A DNA stretch of 64,000 bases from an uncultured Solirubrobacterales bacterium (lineage in GTDB: Bacteria > Actinomycetota > Thermoleophilia > Solirubrobacterales > 70-9): contig CAVVME010000003.1 of the NCBI GenBank assembly GCA_963749365.1, positions 718,603 through 782,602 on the forward strand. Reading direction: 5' to 3'. Below are positions 19,419 through 27,456 of this stretch, one piece after another. The notes under the pieces are model-generated. The model did no database searches. It saw only the letters and a list, made by a program, of their open reading frames with translations, and was not told the origin of the DNA. Each line of letters begins with the position of its first letter. The first letter of the stretch is position 1. The translations under genes were made by a program, and so were the position numbers.

Positions 19419-20053
19419 GCCAGCCCGCGTTCACGTGCGATCCCGGCCAGCAACTCGATCACCGCCTCGGGCTCGAGCCCGGTCGTGTCGATCTCGACCG
19501 CGTCGGTGGCGGCCTGAAGCGGGCTGTGCCTGCGGGTGCGATCGCGCGCGTCGCGCTTTGCCTGCGCCGCCCGCACCTCCGCCGGCGGCTCGCCCGTCTG
19601 CGCGGCACGGCGGCGGGCTCGCTCCTCGCCGGTGGCGACGAGGAAAACCTTCAGCGCCGCGTCCGGGCTGACCACGGTGCCGATGTCGCGCCCCTCGGCG
19701 ACGTAGCGCCCGGCGGCGATCAGCTCGCGCTGGCGCTCGACCATCGCCTGCCGCACTTGAGGATGGACCGAGACGCGCGAGGAAGCGGCGGTGACGTCGG
19801 CGGCGCGGATCGCCTCGCTCACATCCTCACCGTCGAGCCGGACGATCGAGCCGTGGAGCTCGATCCGCGCCGCGCGCGCGATCGCGGCGCAGGCGTCGGG
19901 GTCGTCGGGATCCGCTCCCGCGCGGAGCGCGGCCAAGGCGACGCTCCGGTACATCGCCCCCGAATCGAGGTAGGTGAAGCCGAGTGCCGCGGCGAGGCCG
20001 CGGGCGACGGTGGACTTGCCGGCCCCGGCGGGGCCGTCGATCGCGATCACCAT
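19415..20053 (-). CDS. cmk: cytidylate kinase
   Basis: The 297-aa ORF was trimmed to ATG (complement of 20051-20053; [21 protein letters not shown]...YLDSGAMYR). The rejected upstream part is S/T/P-rich and antisense to a good cupin ORF. Confidence 0.9.
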   Translation of the reverse strand: MVIAIDGPAGAGKSTVARGLAAALGFTYLDSGAMYRSVALAALRAGADPDDPDACAAIARAARIELHGSIVRLDGEDVSEAIRAADVTAASSRVSVHPQVRQAMVERQRELIAAGRYVAEGRDIGTVVSPDAALKVFLVATGEERARRRAAQTGEPPAEVRAAQAKRDARDRTRRHSPLQAATDAVEIDTTGLEPEAVIELLAGIARERGLA

Positions 20054-20078
20054 GCGGCGCGGAATATATGGTTGCGAC

Positions 20079-20429
20079 ATGCAGACCTGGGACATCTCCG
20101 CGCTCGACGTAGACCGACACCATCCCGAGGTGCTGAGCTCGGACGAGGAGGGCAGGGCGATCGTGCTCGAGCTGCCGGCGGGCGAGCGGCTGTCCGAGCA
20201 CCAGGTCCACGAACGCGCCTGGCTCGTCGTCGTCTCGGGTGCGGTCGAGATCACCGGGCCCGACGGCGAGGCCGTAAGCGGCGGGCCCGGCCTGCTCGCC
20301 ACCTTCAAGCCCAGCGAGCGCCACGAGGTCGCGGCGACCGCCGACGCCCGTCTCCTGCTCGTGCTCTCCCCCTGGCCCGGCGAGGGTCACCCGAGCAACG
20401 CCGCCAGGTTCGCGCCGAATCCCGGATAG
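20079..20429 (+). CDS. cupin domain protein
   Basis: ATG at 20079 within the 19974..20429 ORF; 116 aa. Cupin_2-like core (EHQVHERAWLVVVSGAVEI...FKPSERHEV) and strongly GC-rich third positions. The 3' end overlaps the aroA 3' end convergently by 43 nt. Confidence 0.65.
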   Translation: MQTWDISALDVDRHHPEVLSSDEEGRAIVLELPAGERLSEHQVHERAWLVVVSGAVEITGPDGEAVSGGPGLLATFKPSERHEVAATADARLLLVLSPWPGEGHPSNAARFAPNPG

Positions 20430-21760
20430 CTGATTGCGGCGGCCTCGAAGCCGGCCACCTCGACTCCCTCGTCCGACGCCAGGCCCGCGATCGCGCCGAG
20501 CATCGCCAGGCGATGATCTCCGGCCGCGTCGAGCACGCCGCCGCGCAGCCGGCCGGCGCCGGCAATCGTGAAGCCGTCAGGGGTCGCCTCGATCTCGGCG
20601 CCGAGACCGCGCAGGCCGCCGACCACGGTCGCGATCCGGTCCGATTCCTTGTGGCGCAGCTCCTCGGCGCCCGTGACCACCGTCTCGCCCTCGGCGAAGC
20701 AGGCGGTGAGCGCCACCAGGGGCAGCTCGTCGATCGCCAGCGGCACCTCGCCCGCCCCGACCCGCGTGCCCTGCAGCGGTCCCGAGCGGGCGACGATCGT
20801 CGCCATCGGCTCGCGCCCCGCCGCGGCTGTCTCGATCACCTCGACGGCGGCGCCCATCCTGGTCAGGATCCCGAGCAGCCCGATCCGGCCCGGATTGATC
20901 CCGACCCGCTCGATCCGGACGTTGCTGCCGGCGACGAGCAGCGCCCCGACGATCGGGAACGCGGCCGAGGAGAAGTCCCCCGGGACCACGATCGCCTCGG
21001 GCTCGAGTCGCCCCGCCGGCTCGACGGTGACCCGCTGCGCGGGCAGCTCGCCGCGGATCGTCACCGCGGTGCCGGCGTTCTCGGTCCGCAGCGTGGCGCC
21101 GGCGCCGCGCAGGATGCGCTCCGTGTGGTCGCGGGTCGGGCGCCGTTCGACCACGCTCGTCGGCCCGTCGGCGAGCAGGCCCGCGAGCAGCAGGCACGAC
21201 TTCACCTGGGCGCTGGCGACCGGAAGCCGGTACTCGATCCCGCGCAGGCGCGCCCCGCGGACCGTGACCGGGGCCAGGCGATCCTCGCGGGCGCTGAGCT
21301 CGGCGCCCATCAGCCGCAGTGGCTCGACCACCCGGTCGACCGGACGCCGGCGGATCGAGCGGTCACCGTCGAGCGTCCACTCACCGCCCGGCTGGCCGGC
21401 CAGCCAGCCCGGCAACAGACGCAACAGCGTGCCGGCGTTGCCGACGTCGATCGCCGCTGTCCTCGCCCCGCGCAGGCCGACGCCGCGGATCCGAAGCTCG
21501 AGCGCGCTCGACGCGTTGTTCGCGTCATCCGCGATCTTCGCGTCAACCGCCTCCGCCGCCGGTCTCTCATCGACCGTCGCCCCAAGCGCCCGCACCGCGG
21601 CGAGGGTCGAACGGGTGTCGGCCGCGTCGAGGTAGCCGTGGACGCTGGTCTCCCCCTCCCCGATCGCGGCGACGATCGCCGCCCGGTGGGAGATCGACTT
21701 GTCGGGCGGCGGCGCCAGCGACCCGCGCAGCGGCCCCGCGGCGCCGAAGCGGGCGCTCAT
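20387..21760 (-). CDS. aroA: 3-phosphoshikimate 1-carboxyvinyltransferase (EPSP synthase)
   Basis: 457 aa with the PPDKSISHRA motif and EPSP synthase architecture throughout. Confidence 0.92.
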   Translation of the reverse strand: MSARFGAAGPLRGSLAPPPDKSISHRAAIVAAIGEGETSVHGYLDAADTRSTLAAVRALGATVDERPAAEAVDAKIADDANNASSALELRIRGVGLRGARTAAIDVGNAGTLLRLLPGWLAGQPGGEWTLDGDRSIRRRPVDRVVEPLRLMGAELSAREDRLAPVTVRGARLRGIEYRLPVASAQVKSCLLLAGLLADGPTSVVERRPTRDHTERILRGAGATLRTENAGTAVTIRGELPAQRVTVEPAGRLEPEAIVVPGDFSSAAFPIVGALLVAGSNVRIERVGINPGRIGLLGILTRMGAAVEVIETAAAGREPMATIVARSGPLQGTRVGAGEVPLAIDELPLVALTACFAEGETVVTGAEELRHKESDRIATVVGGLRGLGAEIEATPDGFTIAGAGRLRGGVLDAAGDHRLAMLGAIAGLASDEGVEVAGFEAAAISYPGFGANLAALLG

Positions 21761-22851
21761 CGCTCGCCCGGCGTCACCAGAGCTGCGGTGTGGCCGAGCT
21801 CGCGCACCAGCTCGGCGGCCCGCTCGACCTCCTGCTCGCCCGCGATCCAGACCGAGATCGCTCCGGTGCGCATGTCGGGCGCCGGGTAGAGGGCCATGTC
21901 CTCGATATTGACCTGGGCGTGGCCGAGGGCGAGCGCGATCTCGGCGACGGTGCCGGGCCTGTTCTCGACTCCGATCCGCAGCTCGCGCAGGCCGCCGCCG
22001 ATCAGGTCCGCCTCGAGCAGCCGGCGCCGGGCGTCGGCGGCGTCTCGGTGCCAGCTCGCAACCGCGTCGAGGTCGCCGGCGCGGATCAGCCGCGCCGCCT
22101 CGCGCAGTCGCTCGCCGACGGCGTCGATCTCGCCAGCGACCGTTTCCGCGTTGGTGGCGAAGATGTCCGCCCAGATCGAAGGGTTCGCCCCGGCGACCCG
22201 GGTCGTGTCGCGAAAGCTGGTCCCGACCTCGGGCAGCCGCTCGGACTCCTCGCTGAGCGCGCCGGCGGCCTCCTGGACGAGCACGTTCGCGAGCACATGC
22301 GGAAGGTGGCTGACAGTGGCCATGACCCGGTCGTGAGTCTCGGCGTCGATCGCCTGCGGGCGGGCGCCGAGCTCGGAGATCGTGCGTTGCAGGCGGTCGT
22401 AGAGCAGGCCGCTGGCCGACTCGCCCGGGGTCAGGTACCAGCGCGCTCCCTCGAGTAGCTCCGCGCGGGCGTTCTCGACCCCGGAGGTCTCGGCGCCCGC
22501 GAGCGGATGACCGCCGATGAAGCGCTCGATCCCGGCGCGCGGCAGGCTCTCGATCAGCGCCCGTTTGGTCGAGCCGACGTCGGTGACGATCGCCCGCTCC
22601 CCGCTCGCCCCGAGCGCCGTGGCGACGAGCGCCGGCAGGGCGCGCACCGGCGCGGCGCAGAAGACGACCTCGGCCCCGGCGACCGCGTCGGCGACGGAGT
22701 CGGCGCCGGCGTCGAGCGCCTCGAGCTCGATCGCGCGGGCGAGGTTGGCGCGATCGGGATCGAAGCCGCTGACCTCGGCGCCGAGTCGCCGCCGCGCGGC
22801 GAGGCCGATCGAGCCGCCGATCAGGCCGACGCCGAGGACGGCGATCTTCAC
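21757..22851 (-). CDS. tyrA: prephenate dehydrogenase with C-terminal ACT domain
   Basis: ORF trimmed to the GTG (complement of 22849-22851), giving MKIAVLGVGLIGGSIG (Rossmann motif). ACT-like tail (IGVENRPGTVAEIALALGHAQVNIEDM). The start is uncertain by a few codons. 4-nt overlap with aroA. Confidence 0.85.
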   Translation of the reverse strand: MKIAVLGVGLIGGSIGLAARRRLGAEVSGFDPDRANLARAIELEALDAGADSVADAVAGAEVVFCAAPVRALPALVATALGASGERAIVTDVGSTKRALIESLPRAGIERFIGGHPLAGAETSGVENARAELLEGARWYLTPGESASGLLYDRLQRTISELGARPQAIDAETHDRVMATVSHLPHVLANVLVQEAAGALSEESERLPEVGTSFRDTTRVAGANPSIWADIFATNAETVAGEIDAVGERLREAARLIRAGDLDAVASWHRDAADARRRLLEADLIGGGLRELRIGVENRPGTVAEIALALGHAQVNIEDMALYPAPDMRTGAISVWIAGEQEVERAAELVRELGHTAALVTPGER

Positions 22852-22873
22852 CGTGACCGGAGCACCGGGCCGC

Positions 22874-23899
22874 TCAGACGGCCGTCGGCTGCTTGCCCGC
22901 GACCTCCGCTGCGCGCCTGACCTGCTCCGCATACTCGGCGAAGGTCTCGGTCGGCAGCGCCTGCGGCCCGTCGCAGATCGCCTCCTCGGGCTCGTTGTGG
23001 ACCTCGACCATGATCCCGTCGGCGCCCGCCGCCGCGGCCGCGAGCGACATCGGCGCGACCCAGTCGCGCCGACCGGCAGCGTGGCTCGGGTCGACGACGA
23101 TCGGCAGGTGGGTGAGCTCGCGCAAGGCCGGGATCGCGAGCAGGTCGAGGGTGAAGCGGTAGGTGGTCTCGAAGGTGCGGATCCCCCGCTCGCAGAGCAT
23201 CACGTTCGGGTTGCCCTCCTTGAGCACGTACTCGGACGCCATCAGCAGCTCGTCCAGGGTCGCCGAGAGCCCGCGCTTGAGCAGCACCGCCTTGCCGGTC
23301 CGCCCCGCCTCCGCCAGCAGGGTGTAGTTCTGCATGTTGCGGGCGCCGATCTGGATCACGTCGGCGACCTCGACCACGTCCTCGACGTCGCGCGCGTCCA
23401 TCAGCTCGGTGACCACCGGCAGGCCGGTCTGCTGCTTGGCCTCCTCGAGCAGCCGCAGGCCCTCGGCCCCGAGGCCCTGGAAGCTGTACGGGGAGGTGCG
23501 GGGCTTGTACGCGCCGCCGCGCAACATCGTCGCGCCGGCGTCGGCGACGACCTGGGCCACCTCGAGCGTCTGCTCGCGGCCCTCGACCGTGCACGGGCCG
23601 GCGATCAGGCCGAAGTGCTCGCCGCCGAGCCTGCGCCCGTCAATCTCGATCACCGTCCGCTCGCCCTTGCGGAACTGGGTCGAAGCGAGCTTGTAGGGCT
23701 TCAGGATCGGAACCAGGTGGTCGACCCCCGGCGCCCCCTCGAGCCCCAGCGAGGAGACCCGCTCGCGGTCTCCGATCGCCCCGATCACGGTCAGCAGATC
23801 ACCCTGCGAGACGTGCGCCGCGCAGCCGACCTCCTCAATGCGTTCGACGACGTGGGAGATCTGCTCCTCGGTCGCCCCCTCTTTCATCACGATCATCAT
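22874..23899 (-). CDS. aroF: 3-deoxy-7-phosphoheptulonate (DAHP) synthase, class I-beta, with N-terminal ferredoxin/ACT-like regulatory domain
   Basis: 341 aa. An N-terminal domain of about 70 aa ([25 protein letters not shown]...), then [10 protein letters not shown] and [11 protein letters not shown] motifs of the KDO8PS-like DAHPS family. Confidence 0.9.
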   Translation of the reverse strand: MMIVMKEGATEEQISHVVERIEEVGCAAHVSQGDLLTVIGAIGDRERVSSLGLEGAPGVDHLVPILKPYKLASTQFRKGERTVIEIDGRRLGGEHFGLIAGPCTVEGREQTLEVAQVVADAGATMLRGGAYKPRTSPYSFQGLGAEGLRLLEEAKQQTGLPVVTELMDARDVEDVVEVADVIQIGARNMQNYTLLAEAGRTGKAVLLKRGLSATLDELLMASEYVLKEGNPNVMLCERGIRTFETTYRFTLDLLAIPALRELTHLPIVVDPSHAAGRRDWVAPMSLAAAAAGADGIMVEVHNEPEEAICDGPQALPTETFAEYAEQVRRAAEVAGKQPTAV

Positions 23900-23948
23900 C
23901 TTGCGACTTGGCCTTTCGGTCTCAACACACGCGGATCAGTGGTGCTAC

Positions 23949-24004
23949 GGCGTCCGGCGGGGGGTTTCCTTCTCGCTCACGGGCCTCGCGGCCGGCCGGA
24001 CGCC
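23949..24004 (-). promoter_or_regulatory. perfect 10-bp stem (GGCGTCCGGC / GCCGGACGCC) with 36-nt loop, starting at the last base of the leader-ORF stop codon; candidate attenuator/terminator element in the aroF leader
   Basis: Read directly. On the minus strand the sequence is ...AGC TAG|GCGTCCGGC-36 nt-GCCGGACGCC, then about 49 nt to the aroF ATG. There is no U-tract after it (GTAGCACC...GTGTGTT). Confidence 0.4.
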
Positions 24005-24093
24005 TAGCTAAATCGCCAGTAGTAGGTAAACCACGCGCACGGCTGCGGACCCTTGCGGGCGCTCAAAGCAGCGGTCGCGAGCTCGCGGTTCAC
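24004..24093 (-). CDS. putative aromatic-rich leader peptide upstream of aroF (29 aa from GTG 24093, or 20 aa from TTG 24066)
   Basis: This is the tail of the 24004..24312 ORF: (M)NRELATAALSARKGPQPCAWFTYYWRFS*. Six of the last nine codons are Trp/Phe/Tyr (TGG TTT ACC TAC TAC TGG CGA TTT). TTT is used although genes here nearly always use TTC. The stop abuts the 10-bp stem. Confidence 0.4.
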   Translation of the reverse strand: MNRELATAALSARKGPQPCAWFTYYWRFS

Positions 24094-24100
24094 GCCGAAG

Positions 24101-24129
24101 GTTTTACCACGGAGCCCCCGAAAGCGCAA
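24101..24129 (-). promoter_or_regulatory. candidate promoter for the leader ORF: -35 TTGCGC (24124-24129), 17-nt spacer, extended -10 TGgTAAAAC (24101-24109), 7 nt before GTG 24093
   Basis: Read by eye on the minus strand. The geometry would make the leader ORF leaderless. Both hexamers are imperfect. Confidence 0.25.
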
Positions 24130-24160
24130 ACTCCGCCCACGATCCGGGTAGATTCGGCCG

Positions 24161-24796
24161 ATGCTCGCGACCGCCCTCGCAATCGCCGCCGGGACGCTCG
24201 CCGGCGCCGGAGAGCCGTCGTTCGACGGCCATTCGGAGCCGATCCGCGGCCGCATCGAGGAGCGGGTCGTGGGCAGCTCCTGGCATCGCGGCTGCCCGGT
24301 CGGGCTGGGCAAGCTGCGCCTGCTCGAGCTCGATCACTGGGGCTTCGACGGTGACCCGCACCGCGGGCGGCTGATCGTCCACCGAAGCCAGGACCGCCAG
24401 GTGCTGGCGGCGATGAAGCGGCTGTTCCGGATCGAGTACCCGATCCGGCGCATGGAGCTGATCGACCGCTACGGCGCCGACGATCAGCGCTCGATGAACG
24501 CCGACAACACCTCGGCCTTCAACTGCCGCTTCGTCGCCGGGACCCAGCGCTGGTCGATGCACGCATACGGGCGGGCGATCGACATCAACCCGATCGAGAA
24601 CCCGTACGTTTCGGGCTCCCACGTCTCGCCATCCGCCGGCGCCCCGTTCGCCGACCGATCCCGCGACGCCGAGGGAATGATCCACGCGGGCGACGCGGTC
24701 GTGCGCGCGTTCGCCCGCCGCGCCGGCTGGCAGTGGGGCGGCTCCTGGCCCGGCGGCACCCGCGACTACCAGCACTTCTCGAGCAACGGGCAGTAG
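24161..24796 (+). CDS. M15-family zinc D-Ala-D-Ala carboxypeptidase-like peptidase (secreted)
   Basis: 211 aa. Signal-like N-terminus, metal/catalytic motifs SMHAYGRAIDINP and DYQHF. A TAGATT hexamer (24149-24154) lies 6 nt upstream of the ATG, and there is no SD. Confidence 0.8.
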   Translation: MLATALAIAAGTLAGAGEPSFDGHSEPIRGRIEERVVGSSWHRGCPVGLGKLRLLELDHWGFDGDPHRGRLIVHRSQDRQVLAAMKRLFRIEYPIRRMELIDRYGADDQRSMNADNTSAFNCRFVAGTQRWSMHAYGRAIDINPIENPYVSGSHVSPSAGAPFADRSRDAEGMIHAGDAVVRAFARRAGWQWGGSWPGGTRDYQHFSSNGQ

Positions 24797-24799
24797 GGC

Positions 24800-25348
24800 G
24801 TGCCCACGTTCGAGCTCTCGGCGCGAGCCCGGCTGAGGCCGCTGGCGGAGGCGGATGCGAAGGAGCTCTACGAGCTGATCGAGGAGAACCGCTCGCATCT
24901 GCAGCCCTGGCTGCCATGGGCGGCCGAGCAGACGCTCGATCGAACGAGCGAGTTCATCCGCGAGGCGATCAAGCAAGAAGCGGAGGACGACGGCTTTCAG
25001 GTCGCACTCGTCGTCGACGGCCGGATCGCCGGCGTCCTCGGCTACCACGAGATCGAGCGCAAGAACCGGATCACGACGATCGGCTACTGGCTCGCGGCGG
25101 AACACCAGGGAGGAGGCCTGATGACCGCCGCGGTCGCATGCCTGACGGGCCATGCCTTCGACGAGTGGCGCCTGAATCGAGTCGAGATCGGCGTCGGCCC
25201 CGACAACCGCCGCAGCCGCGCAATCCCGGAGCGGCTCGGCTACCGAGAGGAAGGCGTCCTGCGGAGCGCCGAGCGATTCGACGAGAACGACTATCGCGAC
25301 CTGGTGCTGTACGCCATCCTTGCCTCGGAATGGCGCGCGAAGCGCTAG
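24800..25348 (+). CDS. GNAT family N-acetyltransferase (RimJ/RimL-like)
   Basis: 182 aa, GTG start. LRPLAEADAKELYELI..., acetyl-CoA motif region IGYWLAAEHQGGGLMTAAV. Confidence 0.85.
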   Translation: MPTFELSARARLRPLAEADAKELYELIEENRSHLQPWLPWAAEQTLDRTSEFIREAIKQEAEDDGFQVALVVDGRIAGVLGYHEIERKNRITTIGYWLAAEHQGGGLMTAAVACLTGHAFDEWRLNRVEIGVGPDNRRSRAIPERLGYREEGVLRSAERFDENDYRDLVLYAILASEWRAKR

Positions 25349-26436
25349 ATCGCGTCCGCGAGCGCGGCGAGGAAGCGGCGGTTCTGGTCCGCGGTGCCGT
25401 AGCTGACCCGGATGTGGTCGGGGCCGCCGAGCGGGGTCCCGGCGCGAACGACGATCCCCTGCTCGGCCAGGCTCGCCACCAGCTCGCCCTCGTCGGCGTC
25501 GCCGAGCGCAATCCAGGAGAAGTTGGCGTGCGAGTCGGGCGTTCGCAGGCCAAGCTCGCGAACGCCCTCCTGCACCCCCACGCGCTCGACGATCGTGCGC
25601 TCGACCCTGCTCGCGACGTCGTCCTGGTGGCGGATCGCTTCGGCGGCGGCCGCCTGAGCGATCGCGTTGACGCTGAACGGCTGGCGGACGGCGTCGACGG
25701 CGGCGCGAAACGCCGGCGCGCAGAGCGCGTAGCCGACCCGCAGCCCGGCGAGCCCGTAGACCTTGGAGAAGGTGCGCAGTAGGACCAGGTTCGGGAACCG
25801 GCGCCGGAGGTCGACCGTCGCGTCGGGATCGTCGTCGAGCTGGAACTCGACGTAGGCCTCGTCGACGATCACGGTGACGTGGTCGGGGACCCGCTCGAGC
25901 AGCTCCCCGATCCGCGCCGCCGGCAGGTGGGTGGCGGTCGGGTTGTTGGGGTTGCAGACGATCAGGATCTGGGTCGCGGCGGTGAGCTCGGCGACCATCG
26001 CGTCGAGATCGTGGGCGTCATCGCCGTCGAGCGGCACGCGGATCTCGCGCGCCCCCGAGAGCGGTGCCAGGTAGGGGTAAATCGAGAACGAGGGCCAGGC
26101 GTAGACGAGCTCGGCGCCGGGCTCACAGAGGGCCAGGGCCGCCGCGAGCAAGATCTCGCAGGAGCCGTTCGCGACCGCGACCTGGGCCGGATCGGTCTCG
26201 TGACGATCGGCGATCCGGCCCCGGAGCAGGGTCGCCGCCGGATCGGGGTAGCGGTTGCTCGCCCCGGCGGCGCGCGCGATCGCCTCCGCCACCTGCGGAT
26301 GTGGCCCCCACGGCGACTCGTTCGAGGCGAGCTGGGCGATCCCGGACTCGACGATCGCCTCGGGCGCCTTGCCCGCGGGCACCCCGGCGGAGTAGCCCGG
26401 GATCGCGGCGAGCTTGTGCGCGAAGCTGACGCTCAT
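25345..26436 (-). CDS. hisC: histidinol-phosphate / aromatic aminotransferase (class II)
   Basis: The 434-aa ORF was trimmed to ATG (complement of 26434-26436; MSVSFAHKLAAIPGYSAG...LASNESPWGP). PLP-lysine motif FSKVYGLAGLRVGYA. Confidence 0.88.
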   Translation of the reverse strand: MSVSFAHKLAAIPGYSAGVPAGKAPEAIVESGIAQLASNESPWGPHPQVAEAIARAAGASNRYPDPAATLLRGRIADRHETDPAQVAVANGSCEILLAAALALCEPGAELVYAWPSFSIYPYLAPLSGAREIRVPLDGDDAHDLDAMVAELTAATQILIVCNPNNPTATHLPAARIGELLERVPDHVTVIVDEAYVEFQLDDDPDATVDLRRRFPNLVLLRTFSKVYGLAGLRVGYALCAPAFRAAVDAVRQPFSVNAIAQAAAAEAIRHQDDVASRVERTIVERVGVQEGVRELGLRTPDSHANFSWIALGDADEGELVASLAEQGIVVRAGTPLGGPDHIRVSYGTADQNRRFLAALADAI

Positions 26437-26500
26437 CGCGCCTATTCTGCGGCGGCGCGTGCTCGCGCGTCGCCAGGCCGCGCCGGCGGCGACCCGGCTC

Positions 26501-26704
26501 TCAGCCCGCCAGCGCCGGGCGCTCGACCGGGGTCGGCGTCGAGCGGCCGAGCTCGTCGCACATCCACGCCCAGACCCAGATCGCCGACCGCGCCTCGACG
26601 TCGAGTCCCTCGATCGCCTCGATCTCCTCCTCGATCCGCTCGAAGCCATAGCCGCGCTCCAGCATCCGCTGCACGCGTGGACGCGCCTCTTCGACCGTGG
26701 TCAC
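26501..26704 (-). CDS. small hypothetical protein (67 aa)
   Basis: A GTG (complement of 26702-26704) is preceded by a clear SD (GAGGAGAAATC-GTG). VTTVEEARPRVQRMLERGYGFERIEEEIEAIEGLDVEARSAIWVWAWMCDELGR... has a non-artefact composition. No family recognised. Confidence 0.45.
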   Translation of the reverse strand: MTTVEEARPRVQRMLERGYGFERIEEEIEAIEGLDVEARSAIWVWAWMCDELGRSTPTPVERPALAG

Positions 26705-26835
26705 GATTTCTCCTCGGGGGGTTGCGGTCAGTCCGTGGTTCGGCCCACTCAGGGTACGCCTGCTCGCGCGGTGCCCTCGCACGAGAATCCCGCAAACTGC
26801 GGCATTCGTTCCTCTCGGCTGGCCGATTGTCCGAG

Positions 26836-27057
26836 CTACGGGGCCGAATCGTCGCGCCCCGGCCCCGCCCCGGGACCCGGGGCGCGCAGCATGACCACGA
26901 CACCGATCAGCGCAACCACGATCCCGACGCCGAGCAGCAGCCCCTGCTTCCACTGAAAGCCCGGGTTGCCGATCCCGAGTGGGTTGGCGAGCGCGGCGAG
27001 CAGCGCGGCGGCGATTCCGATGACGATCAGGAGCACTCCTATGCCTCTCGCGGACAC
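26836..27057 (-). CDS. small two-TM membrane protein (73 aa)
   Basis: MSARGIGVLLIVIGIAAALLAALANPLGIGNPGFQWKQGLLLGVGIVVALIGVVVML...: two clean hydrophobic helices. Lies 21 nt downstream of aroH. Confidence 0.5.
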   Translation of the reverse strand: MSARGIGVLLIVIGIAAALLAALANPLGIGNPGFQWKQGLLLGVGIVVALIGVVVMLRAPGPGAGPGRDDSAP

Positions 27058-27078
27058 GCAGGCAGGCTACCCGGTCGC

Positions 27079-27456
27079 CTACTGGGCGGAATGCAGGTCG
27101 GCGCGCAGCTTCTGCGTCTCGCCGAGGTAGACGTGGGCGGGGGTGTGCGGGGCCGGGGCGTAGTAGTGGGCCAGCACCCTGATCACCCGCGGCATCGCGC
27201 CGGGCACGTCGATCTCGCGATTGCAGAGCAGCGGCACCCGGTCGAGGCCGAGCTCGCGCGCAGCGACGGCCGGGAACTCGGCGTCGAGGTCGGCGGTGCA
27301 GGTGAAGATGATGCTCACCAGGCGGTCAGCGTCGAGCCGGTTGCGCGCGGTCAGCTCGTCGAGCAGCTCGCGGGTCGCGGCGAGAATCGAGTCGGCGTCA
27401 TTGCGATCGACCTGCACCGCGCCCCGCACGCCCCAGATGCGCTCGGCCTCGCTCAT
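27079..27456 (-). CDS. aroH: chorismate mutase, AroH class
   Basis: 125 aa. IWGVRGAVQV (IRGA-type motif), ...IIFTCTADL..., and C-terminal RVLAHYY, typical of monofunctional AroH. Confidence 0.85.
   Translation of the reverse strand: MSEAERIWGVRGAVQVDRNDADSILAATRELLDELTARNRLDADRLVSIIFTCTADLDAEFPAVAARELGLDRVPLLCNREIDVPGAMPRVIRVLAHYYAPAPHTPAHVYLGETQKLRADLHSAQ

Noticed and set aside
24076-24087. 12-bp perfect palindrome CGCGAGCTCGCG in the aroF leader region as an operator.
   Set aside because: GAGCTC-centred palindromes are very frequent throughout this sequence because of Glu-Leu/Ser-Ser codon usage (cgagctcg recurs dozens of times). This one is therefore not distinctive.
23900-24160. c-di-AMP (ydaO-type) riboswitch on the plus strand upstream of the M15 peptidase gene.
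   Set aside because: Cell-wall hydrolase genes often carry this riboswitch in Actinobacteria. Fragments here resemble its conserved strings (GCUAAAUCG, GGACCC, CCCCCGAAAGCG). However, their order and the required P1 pairing do not fit, and a -10-like hexamer sits right at the ATG. The minus-strand leader-peptide interpretation explains the region better. An Rfam RF00379 scan would settle it.
24104-25153. 349-aa minus-strand ORF covering the M15 peptidase and GNAT genes.
   Set aside because: It is antisense to two plus-strand genes with clear catalytic motifs, and its translation is low-complexity (R/A/P/L/V). Only the very end of a different minus-strand frame (24004..24093) is considered meaningful, as the leader peptide.
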